Below the pieces are notes generated by a model. The model saw only the letters and a list, made by a program, of their open reading frames with translations. It was not told where the DNA came from and searched no databases. This document shows, piece by piece, positions 39,219-47,999 of a stretch of 64,000 nucleotides of DNA. The DNA is from Polyangiaceae bacterium (GTDB taxonomy: Bacteria > Myxococcota_A > Polyangia > Polyangiales > Polyangiaceae), in NCBI GenBank assembly GCA_965222375.1, contig CBDCTZ010000016.1, forward strand, positions 1,824,001-1,888,000, written 5' to 3'. Positions within the stretch are counted from its first letter, which is position 1. Each line of letters opens with the position of its first letter. The position numbers and the translations under genes were made by a program.

Positions 39219-39872
39219 TCAATCGGCCGATGCGACTGCGGACATGAAGTCCGACAGCTTGGCTTCGTCCAGATTGCCTTCGGTGCGGATGCCCGTACAC
39301 AAGTCGACTCCAAAGGGTCGGACCGTGCGAATCGCATCCGCGACGTTGCTTGGCTTCAGGCCGCCCGCCAGGAAGACGGGCACTGAGCACTCTCGAACGA
39401 TCCGCGCGCTGAGGGACCAGTCGTGCGTACGCCCCGTGCCACCCAGCTCTTTGACTTCGAGGGCTTGATTGCCCGAGTCGAGCAGCAACGCGTCCACGCC
39501 CCGCGATACGTCTACGGCCTCCCGCACTGAGTCCTCGCCACAGACGTGCACGACCTGCACCAAAGATACCTCCGGCAAAGCTCGCTGCAGCTCGTCGTGA
39601 CCGCCTTCCGCGAGGCGATCGCAGATCTGCACCGTCGTGACGCCAGAACGCTTCGCGTGCTCCGCAATCTCCGCTGGGTCCGTGCGACTCGTGAGCAAGA
39701 ACGTCTTTATCGGCGTTGGCACTACAGCCGCAATCTCCGCAATGCGGCTATCCGAGATGACACCAGGCCCGCTGGGCATCTCAGACACCAGCCCCAACGC
39801 CGCGGCGCCGTGCCGCATTGCCAGCTGCGCCTCGTCAATCGACTTCACACAGCAAACTTTGACCTTGGTCAT
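39219..39872 (-). CDS. trpF: Phosphoribosylanthranilate isomerase
   Basis: KVKVCC, ALLLDS, GGTGRTHDW, FLAGGL, FGVDLCTG. Confidence 0.88.
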   Translation of the reverse strand: MTKVKVCCVKSIDEAQLAMRHGAAALGLVSEMPSGPGVISDSRIAEIAAVVPTPIKTFLLTSRTDPAEIAEHAKRSGVTTVQICDRLAEGGHDELQRALPEVSLVQVVHVCGEDSVREAVDVSRGVDALLLDSGNQALEVKELGGTGRTHDWSLSARIVRECSVPVFLAGGLKPSNVADAIRTVRPFGVDLCTGIRTEGNLDEAKLSDFMSAVASAD

Positions 39873-39899
39873 TCGTCGTTTCTCTCGATTCGGGGCTTA

Positions 39900-39962
39900 T
39901 TGGGTTTTAGGGTCGAGCGCTAGTGTAGCACTGGGCCGCTACTCCCGAGCCAGGCCACGGAT
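39900..39962 (+). repeat. Dispersed intergenic motif, copy 4
   Basis: ttgggttttAGGGTCG-N17-GGGCCGCTACTCCCG-N5-GGCCACGG. Confidence 0.8.
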
Positions 39963-40023
39963 TGTCGAGACTTCGCTGCCACTCATGGGCCGGGAGTGAA
40001 AGCCTCGCTCTCGTCGCTCCAAC

Positions 40024-40722
40024 GTGAGAGCGTATTCGTCCGTCGTGTCTGAGAAACCTCCCGATATTCCGGCGCTCACGCCGCCTCCGGACGAATACGA
40101 GTCCGAGTACATGTCCGGTGGCGGTCAGGTCTTGCATCGGAGCAAGCTGGTGGCTCGCAGGCTGGCGCTGTTGTTGCTGACGTCGGGTGTGCTGACGGGC
40201 GTGCACGCCGCCGTTTCCTTCTTCAATGAATCGCTCCTTGCGGCCATCTTGCTTTCTTCCGGATCGCTAGCGATGCTGCTTGCTGGCCTGAGTCTGAGCG
40301 TGATGCGTACGAAAGTCACTTTCGAGGTGCTCCATGTTCAATACGGCCTGTGGGGCCCGCGGGTGCCAATCACGGCGATCACCTCCTGCAACGTGATTCC
40401 CTACGACAGGCAGAAGTTTGGCGCTTGGGGCATCAAGCGCTCCGTGGACGGCACCTGGTGTTACATGCCCACGATGGTCGAAAGCGTCGTGTCGATCAGC
40501 TGGACCGACGAACAGGGCGACACCAAGAAGGCCATATTCGCTGCTGAGGACCCCGATGCCGTCGCGGTTGCCATCCGCAGGGCTCGCGCGCAACCCGCCA
40601 CGACTTCGGCCAAGGCGCGCGTTGCCGTCAGTGCCGCCGCGGACGACGGCATCGTGGACGCCGAGTTCGAGGAGCAGGAAGCCGAACGCTCCAACACCGC
40701 TACCCGCACACCTTCCGATTGA
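40024..40722 (+). CDS. Hypothetical membrane protein (2 TM plus PH-like domain)
   Basis: Two TM segments followed by VQYGLWGPRVP..FGAWGIK. Confidence 0.7.
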   Translation: MRAYSSVVSEKPPDIPALTPPPDEYESEYMSGGGQVLHRSKLVARRLALLLLTSGVLTGVHAAVSFFNESLLAAILLSSGSLAMLLAGLSLSVMRTKVTFEVLHVQYGLWGPRVPITAITSCNVIPYDRQKFGAWGIKRSVDGTWCYMPTMVESVVSISWTDEQGDTKKAIFAAEDPDAVAVAIRRARAQPATTSAKARVAVSAAADDGIVDAEFEEQEAERSNTATRTPSD

Positions 40723-40979
40723 CCTCCGTCAGCTGGGAGGAAGCTGCCAGCTGGGTCAAGATTGGCTCTTGGGGGGAGGGCGCTAGAGCGCCCTGGCTGC
40801 GCGTATCTCGTTCTGAGCCTGCAGCTCATCAGCCGGGTCCGTAGGTCGCGCGGCTGACGCACACCAGAAAACGGACGTTACGGAACGTTGACTTCAGACG
40901 TCCTCGCGCGACCCTGCTTGAACTGACCCTCCACCCATGCTGACATCCGTCGCCGAGGGCGATGATGAAGGGCATGCGA

Positions 40980-41627
40980 ATGACAAACGCCATTGCGAAG
41001 AGCGTCGCGACTATGCTCGCGGCGCTGGCTGCCACCGCTGGGTGCAGCCGTGGTTCGGTTCCAGAGGGTGGCACAGCGAGCGGCCATGAACTGTACCAGC
41101 TTTGCGGCTCCTGTCACGGTGCCGATGGAGCCGGCAATCGAGCCGTGAACGCACCGGCAATCGCAGGCCTCAGTGCTTGGTACGTCGAAGCGCAGTTGCT
41201 CAGCTTCAAGAACGGCAACCGCGGCACTCATCCCAAAGACACGGGCGGGATGCAGATGCGCCCGATGGCTTTGAGTCTCAAGACCGACGTCGACATCAAG
41301 ACGGTCTCGACCTACGTGGAGAAAATGCCGCGCGTTGCCGTTCCGCCCACCCTGACCGGAGGCAACGCGGAGCGCGGCAAGGCGCTCTATGGTCCGTGTG
41401 TCGCTTGTCATGGTGCTGACGGCGCGGGTAACCCGGGTACCAAGGGCGCGCCGCTCCGAGGCGCCAGCGATTGGTATTTGCTCGCGCAGCTCGGGAACTT
41501 CAAAACAGGTGTCCGCGGGACGAACAAGAACGATGCGAACGGCGCAATCATGCGGCCGCTTGCCCTGACGTTGAGCGACGATCAAGCCGTGAAGGATGTC
41601 GTGGCCTACATCGCCACGCTGAAATAG
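40980..41627 (+). CDS. Di-heme cytochrome c4-type lipoprotein
   Basis: TAGC lipobox; CGSCH and CVACH; QLxxFKxGxRG repeated. Confidence 0.92.
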   Translation: MTNAIAKSVATMLAALAATAGCSRGSVPEGGTASGHELYQLCGSCHGADGAGNRAVNAPAIAGLSAWYVEAQLLSFKNGNRGTHPKDTGGMQMRPMALSLKTDVDIKTVSTYVEKMPRVAVPPTLTGGNAERGKALYGPCVACHGADGAGNPGTKGAPLRGASDWYLLAQLGNFKTGVRGTNKNDANGAIMRPLALTLSDDQAVKDVVAYIATLK

Positions 41628-41756
41628 GAGCCCACTTCCGATGGCCGGTCCTGCACCCACTCCCCTTGGCTTCGCAAAAGCGACATTTTGGATCACCCTG
41701 GTGAGCACTGCCATCTACGTGCTCGCGGTCTTCATCTTCGTCCTTGGGAAGGCACC

Positions 41757-42449
41757 ATGATCGAACTACTGGTTCCCGCCGCCGCGTCTTTTTCCAGTGA
41801 TATCGACGGTATCATCACGCTGATCGCGGCGCTGGTAGGTTTCTGGTTCTTGGTCGCCGAAGGCGTCCTCTTCTACCTGGTCTTCAAGTTTCGCGCGAAG
41901 GACGGCAAAAAAGCTCAATACATCACGGGCGAAAAGAAAGAAGAGAAGCGGTGGATCACCATTCCCCATGCCTTGGTGCTGGTGTGTGATGTCGTGATCA
42001 TCGCTTGGGCGATCGTCGTCTGGGTCGAAGTAAAGCAAACCCTGCCGCCAGCCGAACAAACCGTGCGCATCACTTCGCAACAGTGGGCGTGGTCGTTCCA
42101 GCATCCCGGTGCTGACGGGAAGCTCGACACCGAGGACGACATCCACACGGTCGATGAACTGCACGTGAAGGTGGATACCATCTACCATTTCAAGCTCGAA
42201 TCCAAAGACGTCTTGCACAGTTTTTCAGTGCCAGTTTTTCGTCTCAAGCAGGACGCAGTTCCCGGGCGGGTCATCACCGGATGGTTCAAACCAATCAAGA
42301 CCGGCAGCTACGATATTCAATGCGCCGAGATGTGCGGAATCGGGCACGGGTTAATGCCGGCTAGAATCATCATCGATACGCCCGCGCAGCACGCGGCGTG
42401 GATCGCTGAAAACAACACGAACCGGCTCGCGCGAGCCGAGACTCGCTGA
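41757..42449 (+). CDS. coxB: Heme-copper oxidase subunit II (CuA)
   Basis: QQWAW, DVLHSF, CAEMCGIGHGLM. Confidence 0.93.
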   Translation: MIELLVPAAASFSSDIDGIITLIAALVGFWFLVAEGVLFYLVFKFRAKDGKKAQYITGEKKEEKRWITIPHALVLVCDVVIIAWAIVVWVEVKQTLPPAEQTVRITSQQWAWSFQHPGADGKLDTEDDIHTVDELHVKVDTIYHFKLESKDVLHSFSVPVFRLKQDAVPGRVITGWFKPIKTGSYDIQCAEMCGIGHGLMPARIIIDTPAQHAAWIAENNTNRLARAETR

Positions 42450-42460
42450 TTGAGGGACAG

Positions 42461-44149
42461 ATGACGCATCAGCACGGCGAGAGCTTTTTCCAGAAGTACC
42501 TGTGGTCCACCGACCACAAGATCATCGGCTTCCAATACATGTTCACGGGCATGTTCATGGCGCTGATTGGCGGCTTCTTTGCCTACGCCTTCCGCGCTCA
42601 GCTCGCGTTCCCAGGCGCGCACGTTCCGGGCTACGGGCAGGTGTCGCCAGCGGAGTACAACGCTCTGGTCACGAATCACGGCACGATCATGATCTTCTGG
42701 GTGGCGATGCCAGTGCTCATCGCCGCGTTCGGCAACTTCTTGATCCCGTTGATGATCGGCTGCGACGACATGGTGTTCCCGCGGCTGAACCGCCTGTCGT
42801 TTCAGGTCTTTTTTGTGAGCGCCCTGGTGCTCTTGGCGTCGTTCTTCGTCGAAGGTGGAGCTTTTGGTGGCGCATGGACGGCGTATCCTCCGCTCTCGGC
42901 CAAGGCCGAATACAGCCTGACGCCGCTGGGATCGACGTTGTGGCTGTTGGCTGTGGCGCTGGAGTTCGTCGCCTTTTTGATGGGCGGCATCAATTTCGTG
43001 ACCACGGCCATGAACTCCCGCGCCAAAGGGATGAAGCTCTTCGACATCCCGATAGTGATTTGGATGATCGTCCTGGCGAGCATCATCTTCATGGTTTCGG
43101 TCGGGCCACTCGTGGCGGGCGCAGTGATGCTCCTGTTCGACCAGAACCTGGGGACCGGATTCTACGACCCGGCAAATGGCGGGGATCCGATTCTATGGCA
43201 GCATTTGTTCTGGTTCTTCGGCCATCCTGAGGTTTACGTTGTGCTCCTACCGGCGGTGGGTATCGTTGCGGAGGTCATCACCGTATTCGCGCGGAAGAAG
43301 CTGTTCGCGTATCGAATTGTTCTCTACACGGCCATCGCGACCGGGATCCTCAGCTTCTTCGTTTGGGCCCACCATCAGTTCGTTGCGGGCATCGACCCGC
43401 GCATGGCAAACGTCTTCACAATCACCACGCTGCTGATCTCCATACCGATTGCGGAGATGATGTTCGTCTACATCGCCACCCTGTATGGCGGTTCAATTCG
43501 GTTGAAGACGCCGATGCTGTGGGCAATCGCGTTCTTGGCGGAGTTTCTCATCGGTGGTGTTACAGGGATCTTCCTGGGCTCGAGCAGCTCCGACATCTAC
43601 TTCCACGATACCTACTTCGTGCTGGCGCACTTCCACTACACCTTCGTTCCCATCGCGATCATCGCGGTCTTTGCTGGCATCACTTTCTGGTTCCCGAAGA
43701 TGTTTGGCCGTCACATGAACGAGCGCTGGGGAAAGATCCACTTCTGGGCAACGATCATCGCCTTCAACGGGATCTTCATTCCTCTGTTCATATTAGGCGC
43801 TGCTGGGCAGCATCGACGCATCTACAGCTACGAGAATTTCCCTGAGCTCGCGACGCATGGATTTCAAGATTTGCGAGTGGTGGCGACGGTTTTCACTGTC
43901 ATCATGTTGGCGGTGCAGATCATCTTCCTCGTGAACTTCTTCCACAGCCTGTTCAAAGGAACGCGTGCGGAGAAGAATCCCTGGAAGTCGAATACGTTGG
44001 AGTGGACCGTGCCCTCGCCGCCCCCGCACGGGAACTTCGAAGAATTCCCGACCGTCTACCGTGGCCCCTATGAGTACAGCGTTCCCGGTCGCGATAACGA
44101 TTACTGGCCGCAGGACATGCCGCCCGAAGAAGCGGAGGCTGCAACATGA
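42461..44149 (+). CDS. coxA: Heme-copper oxidase subunit I (A1-type HPEVY motif)
   Basis: STDHKIIG, HGTIMIF, WTAYPPL, WFFGHPEVY, WAHHQF, HDTYFVLAHFHY, RRIY. Confidence 0.95.
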   Translation: MTHQHGESFFQKYLWSTDHKIIGFQYMFTGMFMALIGGFFAYAFRAQLAFPGAHVPGYGQVSPAEYNALVTNHGTIMIFWVAMPVLIAAFGNFLIPLMIGCDDMVFPRLNRLSFQVFFVSALVLLASFFVEGGAFGGAWTAYPPLSAKAEYSLTPLGSTLWLLAVALEFVAFLMGGINFVTTAMNSRAKGMKLFDIPIVIWMIVLASIIFMVSVGPLVAGAVMLLFDQNLGTGFYDPANGGDPILWQHLFWFFGHPEVYVVLLPAVGIVAEVITVFARKKLFAYRIVLYTAIATGILSFFVWAHHQFVAGIDPRMANVFTITTLLISIPIAEMMFVYIATLYGGSIRLKTPMLWAIAFLAEFLIGGVTGIFLGSSSSDIYFHDTYFVLAHFHYTFVPIAIIAVFAGITFWFPKMFGRHMNERWGKIHFWATIIAFNGIFIPLFILGAAGQHRRIYSYENFPELATHGFQDLRVVATVFTVIMLAVQIIFLVNFFHSLFKGTRAEKNPWKSNTLEWTVPSPPPHGNFEEFPTVYRGPYEYSVPGRDNDYWPQDMPPEEAEAAT

Positions 44150-44715
44150 AACCCGTTGCGACCCAGCGCAGCGCCACCGGAATTCCGACGGGACGTCTGG
44201 CCATTTGGTGGCTGCTCGCATCAGAAATCGTGATCTTCGGTGGCCTATTGGCTTCCTACTTGATGCACCGCCTGGGACACCCCGAGTTTGGTGACTACGC
44301 GTCGCACACCAACACTTGGATCGGCGCTTTCAACACGCTGGTCCTCTTGAGTTCGAGCCTCTCTGCTGTCTTGGCACACAAGGCTGCCGACGCCAAGGAT
44401 GGCCCGGGTGCGAGGAAGTATCTTCTGCTGACGATAGTTGGCGCCGTGACCTTTCTCGGCGTCAAAGCATTCGAGTGGACTACGGAAATCCAAGCTGGCT
44501 TCACGCTGACGACGAACCCCTTTTGGTCGTTCTATTACACGGCGGCTGGCTTGCACGCTGCACATGTGGTGGCCGGTGCGATCGTGATGGCCTTTGTCGC
44601 GAAGGACGCGGGCAAGGGGCGGGAGTTGCAGCGCGTCGAATACGTTGGCCTGTACTGGCACTTCGTCGACATTGTGTGGATCTTCTTGTTTCCTCTTCTC
44701 TACATCGCCAAATAG
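44146..44715 (+). CDS. coxC: Heme-copper oxidase subunit III (short form, copy A)
   Basis: LASEIVIFG, NTLVLLSSS, GLHAAHV, GLYWHFVDIVWIFLFPLLY. Confidence 0.9.
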   Translation: MKPVATQRSATGIPTGRLAIWWLLASEIVIFGGLLASYLMHRLGHPEFGDYASHTNTWIGAFNTLVLLSSSLSAVLAHKAADAKDGPGARKYLLLTIVGAVTFLGVKAFEWTTEIQAGFTLTTNPFWSFYYTAAGLHAAHVVAGAIVMAFVAKDAGKGRELQRVEYVGLYWHFVDIVWIFLFPLLYIAK

Positions 44716-44723
44716 GAGCTCCC

Positions 44724-45353
44724 ATGGCTGACAGTGACTCCAAAGATACGAAAGCGACCGCTGAAGAGGAGGCGGAGCCGGAATCCAATCCCGCTGCCGC
44801 AGGCGAGGACCAGGACGACACACCCGACAGCGGGGCCGAAGAAGCCGAACCCGCGGCGGCAGCCCCCGACGAGGCGGAGTCAGGCGCTGCACCCGTGGCG
44901 GAGAAAGCGGACGCGGCGGCAGTCGCCGATGACAAGGCGAAACAAAAACCAAAGTCCAAGGCAGCCGCTGCGCCAGCCAAGAAGCCTCAGTCTCACGACA
45001 CGGGTCACAGCCATCCGAACTACGTGAAGGTCTGGGCAATCCTCGTCGTGCTGCTTGCGGTCAGCGTAGCCGGTCCCTTCCTGGAAATTAGCATCGTTAC
45101 TCTGATTACCGCTTTCGGTATCGCCCTGGTCAAAGCCTATCTCGTGGCCAAGCATTTCATGCACCTCAATGTCGAGAAGCGCTATGTCCCCTACCTGCTG
45201 CTCACGTGTTTGGCGTTCATGGTCCTACTATTTGCTGGGACAGCACCCGACGTGATGGAGCACCGTGGGCGTAACTGGGAAAACACTGCGGCCCAACAAG
45301 AAGTCGAACGCGCTCTTAAGCAGATTGAAAGCGAAAAGCCCCAGCATGAGTAG
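44724..45353 (+). CDS. Cytochrome c oxidase subunit IV family protein with long acidic N-terminal extension
   Basis: YVKVWAILVVL..KAYLVAKHFMHL; ~90-aa D/E/A-rich leader. Confidence 0.85.
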   Translation: MADSDSKDTKATAEEEAEPESNPAAAGEDQDDTPDSGAEEAEPAAAAPDEAESGAAPVAEKADAAAVADDKAKQKPKSKAAAAPAKKPQSHDTGHSHPNYVKVWAILVVLLAVSVAGPFLEISIVTLITAFGIALVKAYLVAKHFMHLNVEKRYVPYLLLTCLAFMVLLFAGTAPDVMEHRGRNWENTAAQQEVERALKQIESEKPQHE

Positions 45354-45356
45354 GCG

Positions 45357-45938
45357 ATGACCGATACTGCTCTGCGTCTCCGATCGACGCCCCAGCCCCG
45401 AATCGCACCCAACGGGATCGTGGGCATGGTGATCTTCATCCTCGCCGAGGCAATGTTCTTCGCTGCGCTGATTAGCGCGTTCACCATCGTCAAAGCCGGC
45501 GCCCTCGGGTTGTGGCCGCCGCCCGGTCAGCCGCGCCTGCCAGTGGGCGAAACGGCGGTGAATACCGCGGCGCTACTGCTGAGCGGAGTCGCGCTCTACG
45601 TTGCCCATCGGAGTTTTCAGCGTGAGACGCGCAGTGCGAAGTGGCCCCTCCTGTTGGCAATGTTGTTGGGTGCCTTCTTCGTACTCTTCCAAGGCGTCGA
45701 ATGGGTTCAGCTGATCGGCGAAGGCCTGACTCTGACTTCTAGCAATCACGGTAGCTTCTTTTATGTGATCGTTGGTGCGCACGCACTCCACGCCGTCGCA
45801 GGCTTGATTGCCCTGGGCTACATTTTCGCCAAGTGGCGCAAGCAAACGCTCAATCGCGTCATGTTCCGAACCGCGCAGCTATACTGGTACTTTGTGGTCG
45901 GGCTGTGGCCGATACTCTACTGGAGGGTCTACCTATGA
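45357..45938 (+). CDS. coxC: Heme-copper oxidase subunit III (short form, copy B)
   Basis: FILAEAMFFA, NTAALLLSG, QGVEW, GAHALH, YWYFVV. Confidence 0.88.
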   Translation: MTDTALRLRSTPQPRIAPNGIVGMVIFILAEAMFFAALISAFTIVKAGALGLWPPPGQPRLPVGETAVNTAALLLSGVALYVAHRSFQRETRSAKWPLLLAMLLGAFFVLFQGVEWVQLIGEGLTLTSSNHGSFFYVIVGAHALHAVAGLIALGYIFAKWRKQTLNRVMFRTAQLYWYFVVGLWPILYWRVYL

Positions 45939-46195
45939 GCGGGTGGAGGCAACGCTTGCTCCGTGCCTGGGCGTTCGCCGCAGTGTCGCTCACGTCGCTG
46001 TCCGCTTTCGCATGTCCGGTCTGCGGCGCGGCCAAGGACGATGCAACCCGTGACGCCTTCATCCTGACGACGGTCTTCATGTCCTTGCTGCCCTTGGCGA
46101 TGCTTGGCGGTCTGGCGTGGTGGCTCATCCGCCGCCTCCGTCAGCTGGACCTGGAAGAGAAGTCCGCCCAGGAAACTGCGGTGCGCCTCCGCTAA
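45935..46195 (+). CDS. Small membrane protein with CPVC motif at the end of the cox operon
   Basis: ATGA overlap with the previous stop; signal-like N-terminus, ACPVC, one TM. Confidence 0.75.
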   Translation: MSGWRQRLLRAWAFAAVSLTSLSAFACPVCGAAKDDATRDAFILTTVFMSLLPLAMLGGLAWWLIRRLRQLDLEEKSAQETAVRLR

Positions 46196-46264
46196 TCGCT
46201 CCCGCGCAGGCGCGCAGGGCGCGACGGCCACAGACTCGACTTGTGTGGGTCCCGGTCCCGGCGT

Positions 46265-47287
46265 TCACTGCCAGGCGATGCACAGCAAGCGGTACTGACC
46301 CGAGCACGACGGCGAAGCCGACCAGGAGATCCACTCGGAGTTGGCCACCTTGTACCGCCCTGGCTTTTGCTTGACGCCCGACGCAACTGTCGTCCAGCCG
46401 GTGCAGTTGTCGGGGTGAAGAGAACCGTCCGCGTTACTTCCGCTGTGCCAGAAGGAGTCGTTGTTGCCCGCGGCGCCGAGGACCGCGGTTTCGTCGAGGG
46501 CGACGTCGATCGTGCCGTCGAGCAGATCCGCCCAGTCATCAGCGATCTTCTTGCCGTTCACGTCCACGATCGCGCGGTTGGTGGGCAGCGAGTAGAGCGT
46601 GGGCATGTCCCGGATTTCGTCCGTGGCCGACACGGAAATGAATGCGTGTGACGTTGCGCCGGCTAGCTTTGCTTCGGATGAAAGTGCCGTCGCGCACAGG
46701 GTGTCGGCTCCTTTGCGCCCCTTGAGGTCGCTCTGCTGCTGACCGGCGTGGAATAAGACCAAGTTGTTCGCAGCCAGGCCGCCATCCGTCCCGGCGTCGG
46801 CTCCGCCGCTGCCAGCGCTTCCATCCGAACCGGCGTCGGCACTGCCGCCACTGCCAGCGCTGCCGTCGGTTCCTGCGTCGAGGACGCCGCCCGTGCCCGC
46901 ACTTGCGTCCGAGCCGCCATCCACTCCGGCGCTGCCGCCGGTCGCGCCGCCCGCGCCACCCGTCGCCCCGCCGGCACCACCGGTCGCGCCGCCCGTGCCA
47001 CCGGTTGCCCCTCCGGCGCCGCCAGTCGCACCCCCAGCTCCGCCCGTTGCCCCGCCGGTCCCGCCCGTGGCGCCACCCGTGCCGCCGGTTGCCCCGCCGG
47101 TTCCGCCCGTGGACCCACCCGTGCCGCCGGTGGCGCCAGCGCTTCCGCCCGTGCCGCTCTTGGATCCGTCGTCGTCGCTACTGCACGCCACGAAGCCCAC
47201 GGCTCCAACCATGATCAGTGCAACTGTCCAACCCTTTTGCATGCTCATCATGGCTCGCGCTCTATCCGCGGCCCAGGCTGTCGTCAA
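46265..47287 (-). CDS. Lipoprotein with Gly-rich GGATGG(T/A) linker and C-terminal endostatin-like (DUF1554-like) domain
   Basis: FVAC lipobox; GADTLC, IADDWADLLDG, NCTGWT, LLC. Confidence 0.75.
   Translation of the reverse strand: MTTAWAADRARAMMSMQKGWTVALIMVGAVGFVACSSDDDGSKSGTGGSAGATGGTGGSTGGTGGATGGTGGATGGTGGATGGAGGATGGAGGATGGTGGATGGAGGATGGAGGATGGSAGVDGGSDASAGTGGVLDAGTDGSAGSGGSADAGSDGSAGSGGADAGTDGGLAANNLVLFHAGQQQSDLKGRKGADTLCATALSSEAKLAGATSHAFISVSATDEIRDMPTLYSLPTNRAIVDVNGKKIADDWADLLDGTIDVALDETAVLGAAGNNDSFWHSGSNADGSLHPDNCTGWTTVASGVKQKPGRYKVANSEWISWSASPSCSGQYRLLCIAWQ
46935..47155 (-). repeat. Coding 21-bp tandem repeat (GGATGGT/A)
   Basis: About ten heptapeptide units within the lipoprotein linker. 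Confidence 0.8.
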
Positions 47288-47373
47288 TCGCGCCTAGCTA
47301 CCGAGTTGTGCGCAAACCGGACCGCAGGCGTGGGGGAAAGAACTGGCCTGGATGAGCGTAGCAGGGGTGACGG

Positions 47374-47964
47374 ATGTCTGGCCGATCTCTGCAGCCCCCT
47401 CATGACCTCGCCCTGGCCCTGCTGGGGCTGTCCGTTTCGGCGTGCGGCTGTCAACCCGTAGCGCCACCCGTGCCGCCAGCTCATCCGGCGCCCTCGAGTG
47501 CCAACTGCCGCGCGCAGCTGACGCTCCGCCACGCCCAACAGCGCCCACGAGGCTTGGAGTCATACCTCCAGCCCTTGACCGTCGTGTATGCGTTGGACAC
47601 CCCGGAGCACGTGGTTGCCCGTTGGGAGAATCACCAGCGCGAGCGGTCGTACATTGGCTCATGCATGATCGGCTTGGCAGGACTCAAACCCGCGACCTGG
47701 CGCCAACCGGCGGACACGACAATCGACCTCCCCGCGGGGAAACACGAGCTACTTGCTACTCATCGGCTTCGGTTGCCCGTTGGTGGCTACCCCGGTGCGT
47801 TAACCTTCAAGCTGAGCGCGAAACACAGCTTCGAACTTCGCTGCGGCGAAAACCTCATCGTCGCGGTAGCTCCAGACAGCACGGGTTCGATCACCGCACC
47901 GCTTCAAGACCGCCTAGCTTTGCGCATCGACGAGTCCACCCCGTCGGTGCTGCGTCGACGTTGA
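47374..47964 (+). CDS. Hypothetical lipoprotein
   Basis: 196-aa ORF with signal-like ALLGLSVSACGC. Confidence 0.5.
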   Translation: MSGRSLQPPHDLALALLGLSVSACGCQPVAPPVPPAHPAPSSANCRAQLTLRHAQQRPRGLESYLQPLTVVYALDTPEHVVARWENHQRERSYIGSCMIGLAGLKPATWRQPADTTIDLPAGKHELLATHRLRLPVGGYPGALTFKLSAKHSFELRCGENLIVAVAPDSTGSITAPLQDRLALRIDESTPSVLRRR

Positions 47965-47987
47965 CGTCGACGAGCGCGACGTCAACG
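47959..47987. terminator. 11-bp inverted repeat at the end of the ORF (no U-tract)
   Basis: CGTTGACGTCG-N7-CGACGTCAACG. Confidence 0.35.
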
Positions 47988-47999
47988 GATACGTGAAGG

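Noticed and set aside
40762..40820. Seventh copy of the dispersed motif
   Set aside because: Lacks GTCG and has a weak core (GGCTGCGCGTATCTCG); too degenerate to list without a profile search
46935..47155. Gly-rich and GPTNP (~38085-38145) tandem repeats as functional DNA arrays
   Set aside because: In-frame coding linkers with synonymous variation, common in such lipoproteins
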